Shown here piece after piece: positions 1-18,477 of a DNA stretch of 64,000 bases. The notes below the pieces were generated by a model, which worked only from the letters and a program-made list of their open reading frames with translations, searched no databases and was not told the origin of the DNA. The position numbers were made by a program, and so were the translations under genes. The stretch comes from the human T2T-CHM13v2.0 reference genome, Homo sapiens. Where the stretch lies: assembly GCF_009914755.1 (NCBI RefSeq), contig NC_060940.1. One strand, 5' to 3'. Position 1 is the stretch's first letter. Every line of letters begins with the position of its first letter.

Positions 1-669
1 GGGTTTGATTTCATTATTATTATCATTTTTCAGTTCACCATTTTACATCAGAGGACACATACACTGAGCCAAGACCCTAATTTATACCATCACTGTAAGA
101 CATCTCAACTGAACTCTGTGTTGTTAAATGGTGGTGGTGGGAGAAGGGCTTCCTGCAGAGGAAGGAATAGGTTTCTGTCCTATCTGAAGCTTTCTGCCTG
201 TAAATGTAATAATAATCCCTTTGGGCCAAGGGAACTATTGCCCAGATTAATATTTAGGTGTAAATTGGAAACAATTTTAATCTAATAGGAGGAAATCAGA
301 AAGTTTTCATTATTGCATATTTTATATAGTCAGATTCACAGATGTATTACCCAATGTTGGATATGTTACTGGTTTTGACCTAATTTCAATACCAAAAAAA
401 TCATACTAATGTATGTTCTTCTTTTATTCTTTAATTATTGTCAGAATGTGACACTTAAAAGGTGAAAAGTTTTAATAGAAGAATGATCATTTATTATTAA
501 ATTACACCATGATAAATACTTCATGTTAAAACACAAAGAAATAAAGTTTGAAGTTCTTTTCCTATTTTATTCCAAATAAGAGATATTACCTAATTACTTC
601 AATGTTCTGTATCCATGATCCTTTTTGCCTCCTATTTATCTATCTATCATCTATATCTGTCTGCCTGCC

Positions 670-1350
<681 letters not shown>

Positions 1351-1592
1351 AGTATGATTTTATTACATAAAAATGAAAAATAGAACAAACTAATATATTC
1401 TTTAGGGATAGATGATAAAACTATAGAATAAAGTGAAGGCAGAGTCATTATGAAAGTCAAGATTAAGGTTACCTATAAAAATGAGCTGGAGCAATGGGGG
1501 AGGGCTTTTAAAGTCCTGGGAATACTTTACGTCTTTAATTGGCAGGAGATTTATGTGGATATTTCCTTTATGATTATTAAATACTCATACTT
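1351..1592 (+). mobile_element. L1ME-type 3' end fragment
   Basis: Degenerate L1ME 3'UTR motifs (caaactaatatattctttagggat...aaagtcaagattaaggttacc). Confidence 0.6.
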
Positions 1593-1594
1593 TC

Positions 1595-1598
<4 letters not shown>

Positions 1599-1626
<28 letters not shown>
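1599..1626. repeat. (GT)14 microsatellite
   Basis: Direct reading. Confidence 0.98.
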
Positions 1627-2374
1627 TTCAAATAATCACTCCTCTTTAGGTAGATGTTCATGGGACATAATCAGGAAAGCTGTTTTCATTGATATTTCCC
1701 AAGGTCAGCCTTATTATCTTCCCAGGGACTTCCCACCACTCCCCTGGTAAACTTACCATATCTCCTTCCAAGATATCTCTTCACCCATAAATCCATCATC
1801 ATGACTGATGGGCCCATGCTCTGATAACCCAATATCTGAAAGCAAGCCATGCAAGAGTGAACATAGTGTCTTTTATTCCTGATCTCACTCAGAAGACATT
1901 CAAAGGCAAAGCCAAATCCTGGAGGACAGAAGATAGTAATGCAGTCTCATTACCCCTTTTGAGATCTGTTTCCTCAATCACAGCTTCCCGCAACACACCC
2001 AACTCATAGCATCCTTGCCTCCTTCAATTCTGCTGTGCCAAGCTCTCCCCATGGGCACTCAATCCCCATCACTTGTCTTAAAACAGATGCCTGAGGGTCA
2101 TAAACCTTTCTCATCTATCCTTTTCTAGGACCTGAGCCTTAGTTAGTGATTTTTCAATACTAAGAAACCTTCTTGAAACAGGCAAAATATAGCAAGATAT
2201 TTTTGGCTTTTCTTTTTGATTATGTCCCAAGCCCTCAACAGTGAGCATTGTAATGGGCACTTTATAGATGTTCACTCATCAACTTTTAATTAATTAACTA
2301 ACCCCTGTGAAGCATTGCACTCTAAACTTGTGGTTCTGGTAGAACATGGGATTGCTTTAGACACCCAGCTATCA

Positions 2375-2976
2375 AATTATAAATAATTTAAAACATTCTC
2401 ATACAGAAGCGCCAATTCTAAATGGCTTCACTAGCTTTCAAGTAATAGAAAATTAATGACTAATATTATACTTAAAGACAAATGGAAAACAACCACCAAA
2501 ACTTTAACAACATATTTAAAAAATTGAATTTACCAGAATATAAAATAGGTAATACATTCTGACCAAGACAGATTTATTACAAGAATGTTAGAGTTGATCA
2601 ATATTTTATGCAATTTACACATCGGTGCAGAAAAAAAGTCAAAATTTAGCATCTATTCTTGATAAATGCTCTCAGAAATCTAGATATAGAAAGGAATGTT
2701 CTCAATGTAATAATATGCATCTATAAAAAGCCTTAACTGAATAACATACCCACTGGTTGGCCCTTTGGGAAATCAGAAAAAAATAAGAATATTGCCTCAA
2801 GCATTTCTCTTCAACATTATACTAATGATCCTAAACAAGGCCATAAGGAAAGAAAAATAAATGAAAGATAGAATTTAGTAATTATGAAGTAAAAAATCTT
2901 TCGACTTGCAGATGATTATTTATCTAGATAATCAAAAGGATCTCAAAATAATAAACAGATGTAATAAGTTAGCAAG
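2375..2976 (+). mobile_element. Ancient L1M ORF2 (RT region) fragment, host element piece 2
   Basis: aaatggcttcactag, gaccaagacagatttatt, ttcaacattatacta, cttgcagatgatt (FADD-like region); ends at ttagcaag where L1MA begins. Confidence 0.75.
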
Positions 2977-5011
2977 GGAGAGTGACATCAGCAAGATGGC
3001 AGCATTGGTGATGTAAGCCTTTTTTCTCCAACAAATAACAACAAATAACCACAAATGATGTGAACCTAGTGAGAGCTCAAGGGTCCATTTAAAAATCTGC
3101 AGCAATGCAGCAGAACAAAACAAACAAACAAACAAACACAAAACAAAAAACAGGAGACTAACCACACAGAAAGAATAGCTGGGGACATTGGCATACCTGA
3201 GAAGTCTGGTCATGGCTAGAAACAAGGAAGGATGGAGGCTATCAGTGTCATTAATGCAGCAGGTCCCATCATGGTCTGCAGCAGACTGCCCTGCAAAGGA
3301 CATTGACATTTTTTTTGACACTGAGGTAACTAAGAGCCCCCTCTGCCACAAATCCCATGGTGAGGGAGAAATGACTGTGTCCACCTCCAAGGAGTTGCTA
3401 TGGTGCCACACTAGGACTGAAGCTGCCACTCCACCCAACCCTATGTGTACCCCTGACCCCAGAGCTACAGTCACTCCATACATGCCTACACTCCAGAATC
3501 CTGCTCTGTGGCCTCAATGCATTTGTGCCTCAAACACTAGAACCACTGTTGCTGTGACCTAGCCTCTATGTGAACCTTGGAGCCCTGGTCACTCTGTGCA
3601 TACCTGTGCTTTAGACCTTGGCTTGACAGCTGCAGCAGTTTCTATAAATTTATGCCTGTTCACCCTCCAGATACCAGGTCCCTGACTGATCAAGAAGACC
3701 ATAATCTTACAAACCACTATGAATGTGATAGTAAGATATTTGTGCCTCAGACGTTGATGACACTGCTGCCCCAGATCCTGGAGCCCCAGTAGCTCCACAA
3801 ATACTCATGCTTTAGAACTTTGATCTGTGGCTGCTCCAAAGGTGCCTCACATCAGACACCAGTGCCACCACCATTGTGAGCATATCTGCAATCCATATCT
3901 GGTACCAAGAGTCCTTGTACATGACTTCTTCAATAGGAGAAAAATAGATCAAGAGGACCCCAGAAGCCTTTGTCACCAAAGGCCCCAACATCCCTGCAGA
4001 CACCCATAGCCTTGGCAACTGGACACCTTTGTAATCTTTACCAACATTGATGTCAGCTAACAGAGACGTCTGGAGACTACACTGTTGTGTCCTCATGAGA
4101 GGCAGAATTGCTGTAGCTCACCAAGCTGGTGCCCTCACACCCACACCCACAGGGGAAAATTTTTTCTCACTAAAACCTATCCATAAAGTCTGGAAGAGGT
4201 GACTGCTGCATCCAATGCACAGATAACAATGCAAGGCAGCAAGAAACAAGAAAATCCAAGGAAATACCACCAAAAAACACAATAATTTAAAATAACTGCA
4301 AGCCCCCATGGAAATCTACAAGTTACCTGACAACTCGAAATAATTGCTTTAAGAAGCTCAGTAAACTTCAAGAGAGCACAAAAAGTTAATTCAACGAAGT
4401 TTGATTATTTGAAAATCAAATTCAATAAAAATAATACATGAACAAAATGAGATGTTTAACAGAGATATTGAAATCATAAAAAGAGCCAAAAAAGTCTACA
4501 CATGAGGAATACAATGAATAAAGTAGAAAATGCAATAGAGAGCATCCACAGCAGCATTGATCAAGTAGAAGAAAGAGTCCATTAACTCAAAGACAAGATA
4601 TTTAAAACTATTCAGTTAGAGGAGAAAACATAAGAGTAAAAAAACCCCTACAAGATTTCTGGAACAACATAAATAGATCTAACAGTTGCATTTTAGAATT
4701 AAAGAGGGACAAGAGAGAGAAAAAAGCACAGAAGATTGTTTTAAAAAAAAAATACTGAGTGAAACCTCTCCAAATTTGGGAAAAGTTATAAACAGTCAAG
4801 TACAAGAAGTTCAAAGGTCTCCTCAGATTCAACTTAAAGAAGACTACACCAAAACATATTATAATCAAGGTATCAAAAATCAAAGATAGAGCAAGAATCC
4901 TGAAAGCAGCAAGAAGAAAAAAATAATGTCCTCCCATACCAGGGAACACCCATAAAGCTATCAGTGAATCTCAGCAGAAAATTTGCAGGCCAGGAGAAAA
5001 TGATAATATAT

Positions 5012-5602
5012 TCAATTGGATGAAAGAAAAAAAAACTTGCAAAATAAAAATATTTTATGTAGCAAAACTGTCCTTAAGAAAGAAAGGAAAATAACAACAT
5101 TCCCAGACAAGCAAAAGCTGAGGGAGTTCATCACCACTAGATCTACCTTATAAGAAATGCAGGGATTCCGTTCCAAGTTGGCCAAATGGGAACAGCTCCG
5201 GTCTGCAGCTCCCAGTGTGACTGACGCAGAAGATGAGTGATTTCTGCATTTCCAACTGAGGTACCTGGTTCGTCTCACTGGGACTGGTTGGACGGTTGGT
5301 GCAGCCCATGGAGGGTGAGCTGAAGCAGGATAGGGCATTGCCTCATCCGGGAAGCGCAAGGGGTCAGGGGATTTCCCTTTCCTAGCCAAGGGAAGCTGTG
5401 ACAGATTGTACCTGGAAAAATGGGACACTTCCGCCCAAATATTGTACTTTTCCAGTGGTCTTAGCAAACGGCACACCAATAGATTATATCCTACGCCTGG
5501 CTTGGCAGGTCCCCCGCCCATGGAGCCTTGCTCACTGCTAGCGCAGCAGTCTGAGATCGACCTGCGAGGCAGCAGCCTGGCAGGGGGAGGGGTGTCCGCC
5601 AT
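5012..5602 (-). CDS. L1 antisense ORF0 homologue, open for 196 codons and running out of the L1 5' end
   Basis: MADTPPPARLLPRRSISDCCASS... matches the ORF0 N-terminus; gcaATGg Kozak context; expression unproven. Confidence 0.55.
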   Translation of the reverse strand: MADTPPPARLLPRRSISDCCASSEQGSMGGGPAKPGVGYNLLVCRLLRPLEKYNIWAEVSHFSRYNLSQLPLARKGKSPDPLRFPDEAMPYPASAHPPWAAPTVQPVPVRRTRYLSWKCRNHSSSASVTLGAADRSCSHLANLERNPCISYKVDLVVMNSLSFCLSGNVVIFLSFLRTVLLHKIFLFCKFFFLSSN

Positions 5603-6176
5603 TGCTGAGGCTTGAGTAGGTAAACAAAGCAGCCAGGGAAGCTCAAACTGGGTGGAGCCCACCGCAGCTCAACAAGGCCTGCTGCCTCTGTAGTCTCCAC
5701 ATGTGGGGGCATGGCATAAGTGAACAAAAGGGAGAAGAAACTTCTGCAGACTTAAATGTCCCTGTATGACAGCTCTGAAGAGAGCAGTGGTTCTTCCAGC
5801 ACAGTGTCTGAGCTCTGAGAATGGACAGACTGCCTTCTTAAGTGGGTCCCTGATCCCCGTGTAGTCTAACTGAAAGACACCTCCCAGTAGGGGCCAACTG
5901 ACACCCCATACAGATGGGTGCCCCTCTGAGACGAAGCTTCCAGAGGAAGGATCAGGCAGCAATATTTGCTGTTCTGCAGCACAGCCTCCACTGGTGATAC
6001 TCAGGCAAACAGAGTCTGGAGTGGACCTCCAGCAAACTCCAACAGGCCTGACTGTTAGAAGGAAAACTAACAAACAGAAAGGAATAGCATCAACATCAGC
6101 AAAAAGGACATCCACACCAAAACCCCATCTGTAGGTCACCAAGATCAAAGACCAAAGGTAGAAAAAAATCACAAAG

Positions 6177-7202
6177 ATGGGGAGAAACCAGACCAGAAAA
6201 GCTGAAAATTCTAAAAATCCAGAGAGCCTCTTCTCCTCCAAAGGATCGCAGCTCCTTGCCAGCAACAGAACAATGCTGGATGGAGAATGACTTTGAAGAG
6301 CTGACAGAAGTAGGCTTCAGAAGGTCAGTAATAACAAACTTCTCCGGGCTAAAGGAAGATGTTCAAACCCATTGCAAGGAAGCTAAAAACCTTAAAAAAA
6401 AGATTAGATGAGTGGCTAACTAGAATAAACAGTGTAGAGAAGACCTTAAATGACCTGATGGAGCTGAAAACCATGGCACGAGAACTATGTGACACATGCG
6501 CAAGCTTCAATAGCCATTTTGATCAAGTGAAAGAAAGGGTATCAGTGATTGAAGATCAAATTAATGAAATGGAGCAAGAAGAGAAGATTAGAGAAAAAAG
6601 AGTAAAAAGAAACAAACAAAGCCTCCAAGAAATATGGGACTATGTGAAAAGACCAAATCTACGTTTGATTGTTGTACCTGAAAGTGATGGGGAGAATGGA
6701 ACCAAGTCGGAAAACACTCTTCAGGATATTATCCAGGAGAACTTCCCCAATCTAGCAAGGCAGGCCAATGTTCAAATTCAGGAAATACAGAGAACACCAC
6801 AAAGATACTCCTCGAGAAGAGCAACTCCAAGACACATAATTGTCAGATTCACCAAGATTGAAATGAAGGAAAAAATGTTAAGGGCAGCCAGAGAGAAAGG
6901 TCGGAGTACCCACAAAGGGAAGCCCATCAGACTAACAGCGGATCTCTCGCCAGAAACTAGAAGCCCGAAGAGAGTGGGGGCCAATATTCAACATTCTTAA
7001 AGAAAAGCATTTTCAACCCTGAATTTCATATCCAGCCAAACTAAGCTTCATAAGTGAAGGAGAAATAAAATCTGTTACAGACAAACAAATGCTGAGATAT
7101 CTTGTCACCACCAGGCCTGCCTTACAAGAGCTCCTGAAGGAAGCACTAAACATGGAAAGGAACAACTGGTACCAGCTACTGCAAAAACATGCCAAATTGT
7201 AA
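6177..7202 (+). pseudogene. L1 ORF1p, disrupted by frameshifts
   Basis: ORF track 6359-7000 carries ORF1p motifs (EIWDYVKRPNLRL, RHIIVRF); frame is broken at both ends. Confidence 0.95.
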
Positions 7203-7265
7203 AGACCATTGATGCTAGGAAGAAACAACATCAACTAATGGGCAAAATAACCAGCTAACATCATA

Positions 7266-11137
<3,872 letters not shown>

Positions 11138-11483
11138 ACAATGAGAATACTTGGACACAGGGCGGGGAACATCACACACTGGGGCCTGTCATGGGGTGGG
11201 GGCCAGGAGGAGGGATAGCATTAGGAGAAATACCTAATGTAAATTATGAGTTAATTGGTGCAGAAAACCAACATGGCACATGTATACCTATGTAACAAAC
11301 CTGCATGTTGTGCACATGTACCCTGGAACTTAAAGTATCTACAGAAAAAAAAATACTTTCGCATACCAAAAAATGGATTCAAAACCTCAAAAAAAAAAAA
11401 ATGAAATGCTAAAAGGAGTTCTTCCAGTTTAAAGTAAAGGACGATAATTTGCAACATAAAAGTACATGAAAGTATAAAACTCA

Positions 11484-11857
<374 letters not shown>

Positions 11858-12543
11858 TCAAAATATTCTAATACTCTAATGGTGGTATATAAATCACTTA
11901 TAAATTTGTTATAAAAGTTGACCGTCAAAATTATTAAAAAATATCTATAGCTATAATAATTTGTTTAGGGATGTACAATATTAAAAGGTGCAAATTGTGG
12001 CATCAAAAATGTAAAATATGATTGGGCAATAAAAATGTAGAGCTTTTGTATGCAGTTAATGTTAAGTTGTTAATACCTTAAGACAGCCTGTAACAACTAT
12101 AGTAAATTTTACGTAAGCCTCATGGTAATCACAAAGCAAAATGTGTAGTAGATATATAAAAGATAAAGAAAAAGAAATCAAAATATGCCACTGAAGAAAA
12201 TCATCTACTTACAAAGGAAGACAGCAAGAGAGGAAGAAAGAAAAAAAAAAGATCTTCATATTAACCAGAAAACAATGAACAAAGGGCAGCAGTAAATCCT
12301 TACCTATCAATAATTATCTTGAATGTAAATGAATTAAATTCTCCAATGAAAAGACATATAGAGTGAATGAATAAATAAAAATACAAGACTCAACTGTAAG
12401 CTGCCTACAAGGGACACTCAGCTTTAAGTACACACATAGACTATAAGTGAAGGGATAGAAGAATATATTTTATACAAATGAACCAAAAGAGAGCAGAGGT
12501 AGCTGTACTTATATCAGACAAAACAGACTTTAAGTTAAAAACT

Positions 12544-12839
12544 GGCAGGGGACAGTAGCTCACACCTCTAATCTCAGCACTTTGAGTGGTTGAGGTGGGC
12601 AGATCTCTTGAGCTCAGGAGTTCAAGACCAGCTTGGCAACATGGTGAAACCCCATCTCTATCGAAAAATACAGAAAAATAGTTGGATGTGGTGGCATGCA
12701 CCTGTTGTCCTGGCTACTTGGGAGGCTGAGGTGAGAGAATTGCTTGAGCCTGGGGGATCAAGGCTGTAGTGAGCTGTGACTGTGCCATTGCACTCCAGCC
12801 TGGGTGACACAGTGAGACCCGTCTCAAAAAAGAAAAAAA
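12544..12839 (+). mobile_element. AluJ inside L1MA ORF2
   Basis: J-type diagnostics (ttgagctcaggag, ttgagcctggg...aggctg); TSD taaaaactg. Confidence 0.9.
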
Positions 12840-15800
12840 TGTAAAAACTGTAAAAAGAAAAAAAGAATGTCATTATATCATAATAAAGGAGTCAATTCAT
12901 TAAAATAATATAATAATTGTAAACATATGTACACAATATTGAATTGCTCATATATATAAACCAAATATTAGTAGATCAGAAGGGATAGATAGATGGCAGT
13001 AAAAATAATAGTAGGAAACTTAATATCCTACTTTCAACTATGGAGAGATTATCCAGACAGAAAATTAATAAGGAAACACTGGATTGCAACTACACTTTAG
13101 ATCAAGTGGACTTAATAGACACATACAGACTATTTCATCCAGTAGCAGCAGAATACACTTTTTTCTCAAGCACAAATGAAATATTCTCCAGGATAGATCA
13201 TGTTAGAACACAAAATGAGGATTAACAAATTTTAGAAGTTTAAAATCATATCCAATATCCTTTCTAATCATAATGATATGCAACTAGAAATCATTAACAG
13301 GAAAAATTTTGAAAATGTATAAACAACATACTTCTAAACAAAAAAGTGGGTCAAATAAGAAATCTAAATGGAAATTTGAAAACATGTTGAGATAAAAGAA
13401 AACGGAAATACAAAACACCAAAATTTATGGGATGCAGCAAAAACAGTTCTAAGGGGGACGTTTATAGCAATAAATGCCTACATTAAAATAAAAGAATTAT
13501 CTCTAACAATCAAATATTATACAACTAGAAAAACAAAATCAGACTAAGTTCAAAGTTAGTAAAAGAAAGTAAATAATAAAAATCACAGCAGAATTCAATC
13601 AAATAGATACTAGAAAAAAAGATCAACACAACCAAAATATGTTTTCTTTAAAAAATAAATAAAACGGACAAATATTTAGTCTAAAAAAAGAGAAGAGTCA
13701 ACTAAATAAAATCATGAATGCAAGAGATGTTGCAACTGATACCACACAAATACAAAAGATTGAAAGAGACTACTACCAACAATTATATGCTAACAAATTG
13801 AGTAACCTAGAAAAAAAAGATAAATTCCTGGACACATACAACCAACAATGACTTATACTGTGATGAAACAAAAAAAATCTGAGCAAATCCATAATGAAAG
13901 GAATACTGAATCAGTGAAAAATAATCTATCATCAAAGAAAAACCTGATGGTTCCATGGTTAAATTCTACCAAACATTTAAACATGAACTAATACCAATCC
14001 CTCTCAAACCCTTTTGAAAAATTGAAATAAGGGAATACTTATAAACTCATGTTACAATGCCAGTATTAGCCTGATACCGGGACTAGAAAGAACACTACCA
14101 GAAAAATAAAATTACAGGCCAATATCCCTGGTAAACCTCGGTGCAAAAATCCTCATGAAAATACTGGAAACCTAATTCAACAGCATATGAAATGAATCAT
14201 CATGAATAAGTGGGATTTATCCATGGGATGCAAGGATGGTTCAATATACCATAATCACTAAATGTAATACCTCACATTAATAGAATGAAGTTTAAAATAA
14301 TATGATTCTTTCAACAGATGCAGGAAAAGCATTTGATAAAATTCAACATGTCTTCATGATAAAAGCTGTCCACAAATTAAGTAAAAAACAAATATACCTC
14401 AACATAATAAAGGCCACATATGATAAACTCACAGTTAACTTCATACTCAATGGTAAAAAGGTGTAAGCATTTTCTCTAAGATCAGACAAGACTAGGATGC
14501 CCATTCTTGCCACATCTATCTAACATAGTACTGGAAGTCTTATCCAGAGCAGTTAAGCCAAAGAAAATTTAAAAAGACATCCAAATTGGGAATAAAGAAG
14601 TTAAATTGTCTCTGGAGATGACATGATTGTATATATAGAAAACTCTAAGAACTGTATCAAAAAGCTATTAATGACAATAAACAAATTTAGTAAAGTGGCA
14701 AAAGACAAAACATACAAAAATCAATACTGTTTCTATATACTAACAACAAACCATCTGAAAAAGAAATCAAGAAAACAATTCCATTTAAAATAGCATAAGA
14801 AAATCAAAGACTTATGAATAAATTTAAACAAGAAGAAGAAAAGCTGTACTCAGAAATCTATAAAACACTGATGAAATAAATTGGAGAAGACAAATAAATG
14901 GCCATATATCCTGTGTTCATTGATTGGAAGAATTGATACTTAAGAGTTCTACACTACCTAAAGTGATTCCCTGATTGAATAAAATTCCACTCAAAATTCT
15001 AAAGACATTTTTCATAGAAATAAAAAAAACACAGAAATAGAGAAAAATCACAGAATAAAAAGTATGAAATTACAAAAGACAGTGAGTAGCCAAGACAATC
15101 TTGAGTAAAAAGCAAAACAAAAGAAAAGCTGGGACATCACCTTGCCTAATCTCAGAATGTACTATAAAGCTACAGTAATCAAATAGCAATCTTACTTGAA
15201 TGGTATAGTAACAGACATGTGGGCCAATAGAACAGAGTAGATAACCCAGAAATAATTCCACACATTTACAGTCAACTAATCACATACAACTAGAACAGAC
15301 AATGGGGAAAGGGCAGTCTCTTCAATAAAGGTTGTGAGGAAAACTGTATATTCACATGCAGAAGAATCAAATTGGGCCTTTACCTTCCACCGTATTAAAA
15401 AAGTCACCTCAAAATGGATTATAGAATTAAACATAAAATTGTAAAACTACTGAAAGAAAACACAGAAAAACAGCTCCTTGGCATTAGTCTTTGCAACGAT
15501 TTTTTGGATATGGTCCGAAAAGCACAGTCAATAACAGCAATAATAGATAAATGAGGTTGCATTAAACTAAATAGCTTCTGCCCTCTAAAGGAAAATAACC
15601 CAACAGTGTGAAGGGACAACCTAAATCTACAGAATGGAAGAAAATATTTGTAATTCATACATCTGATAATGAGTGAATATCTAAAATAAATAAGGAACTC
15701 AAACAATTGAATAGCAAGAAAACAACCCAATTATAAAACTACAAAATGAGCAGAGGAACTGAATAGACATGTTTTCAAAAAACAAGACATACAAACAGCT

Positions 15801-16650
15801 AGCAGGTATATGAAAAGGTGTTCAACATCACTAATCAACAGGGACATGCAATCAAATCCACAATAATATATCACCTCACTCCTGTTAGAATGACTATTAT
15901 CAAAAGGCAAGGGTGGAGAGATGTAAATTAGTATACCCATTATAGGAAAGAGCATAAAGCTTGCTAAAAAATTAGAAATTGAACTACCATATGATCCAGT
16001 AATCTGACTACTTGGTATATGTATTTAAAGGAAATTAGTATGTCAGAGATATCTACACCCCCATGTTCACTGCAGCACTGTCCACAATAGCCAAGATATG
16101 GAATCAACCTGTGTCCATCAACAGATGAAGGAATTTTTAAAATATGGTATATATACACAATGAAATATTAATACCATTCATCCATAAAAAAAAAGAAAAT
16201 CATGTCATTTGTGAAAGCATGGATGAACCTGGAGGGCATTAAGCCAAGTGAAATTAGCCAGGCACAGAAAGAGAAATACTTCATGATCTCACGTGTATAA
16301 GGAATCTAAAAATGTCAAGCTCTTAGGACCTGAGGATACAATTGTGGTTACTAGATCCCAGGAGAGGGAGGATCAGAAAGTGTTGGTCAAAGGGTACAGA
16401 GTTTCAGCCAGACAAGAGGACTAAGTTCTGGAGATCTATTTTACAGTATGGTACTTATAGCTAATAACAATATATTATATACCTAAAATGTGTTGAGAGA
16501 GTTGATTTGTAATCTTACCTGAAAAAAGTATGTGAAGTGATGGATGTGTTAATTAGCTTGACTTAATCATTTCACAATGTATTCATATGTCAAAAGTTCA
16601 CATTGTACTCCATAAATGTATACCATTTTTATTTTTCAATTCAAAAATAA

Positions 16651-17412
16651 ATCCAGAGGGTAAGAAATGAGATGCTTAATTACTGATGTGTATAAGAGGA
16701 GAAGTGGTCGAATTCCTAAGGCAAATTGTGCATAACTTGAGTATGGACCAAAGAGGGGCCACATGTAAGAGAGATGGCAGTAGACTCATCTTGCATCTTA
16801 TCTCTGAGGACAACCCGGAAGAGTAGACAGAACTTTAGCAGAAGCTGAAAATATTACTAGATTCCTAAGAACTGAGGAAGGAATATGAATTAGTGTATAG
16901 ATGCATTTGCACATATCAAATAACTCCAGAATGATGGAAGGTTGCTTAAGGACCCATGAAAGTGCTATGTCATCTTTCAACCTCTGCAATATCCAATAAG
17001 CACACAGCCCACAACAGTACCAATCAAGTAAGGTCTTTTCTTACCTTTCCTCTCTCTCCCAGCTCCAAACTTGGAGGAACTCTAGGTAGTTGATATGAAG
17101 GAAAGGGGAAGAAGAGGAAATTGATCATGCCATTTTCCGCACTGTAGACTTTTTGGTGTGAAAGAGTAAGAATGTGGAGAAGGCAAGATTTAACTTTAAA
17201 TCCAGTTCAGATTAAATTCTTAGCTTAATTATATGGAATTATGCATTTTAATTTCTAAGTTGTGACTGTGTTTACACAAATATAATCACAGAACTTTTTT
17301 TTTCCCCAAAATGTTATGGGAGTTGGATGAATTTTCAACCAAGACAGAGAACTAGTTCTTTATGAGATTGAAAGTGAAAATGCTCTATAAAATCAAATTT
17401 ACTTATTCCTTC
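16651..17412 (+). mobile_element. Old LTR-like block, probably the 3' part of a MamGypLTR
   Basis: Recalled similarity: tttaactttaaat...cattttaatttctaagttgtgactgtgttt...gttatgggag...ttttcaacc...agaactag. Confidence 0.5.
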
Positions 17413-17620
17413 AAAAGTAAAAGTAAATAATTGAGTTCCCAGGATTCAACATCAATGTACACACAAAATTTTATTTCTATATGCTAGCAAGAGATATTGG
17501 AAAATAAAATTAAATAAACAATGTTATTTCCAATGACATATACAGAAATTCTTAGAAATCCTTTCACAACAAGTTGTGAATAATATATACTATAAAACTC
17601 ACGAAATATTGCCAAGACAT

Positions 17621-18139
<519 letters not shown>

Positions 18140-18397
18140 CAAGACAATTTTTTAAAATGTACATAAATGGAAGGACATACCATGTACCTGAATTTCAAGA
18201 TGCCATTTAGTAGTATCTTTTGCTGTCAATCCTCCCTAATACATACATTAAATGTAATCATGATCCAAGTCCCCACAAAATTTTGCTTATAAATTAAAAC
18301 TTGATTCTTATTTTAGAATAATTCAAAGCATCTCATGTTAAATTTAAAAAATTTGCAAAACAATGGTGGAAGAGTTACAAATCTAATTTTGATATAT

Positions 18398-18477
18398 ATT
18401 TTGTTTTGAGATGGAGTCTTGCTCTGTCACCCAGGCAGGGGTGCAGTGGCGCTATCTCAGCTCACTGCAGCCTCTGC
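18398..18477 (-). mobile_element. Short Alu 3' fragment
   Basis: tttgagatggagtcttgctctgtcacccagg...ctcactgcagcctctgc. Confidence 0.9.

Noticed and set aside
2932-4949. Cluster of 60-180 aa ORFs on both strands
   Set aside because: They fall in the L1MA 5'UTR and ORF1 remnant, with no recognisable non-L1 protein.
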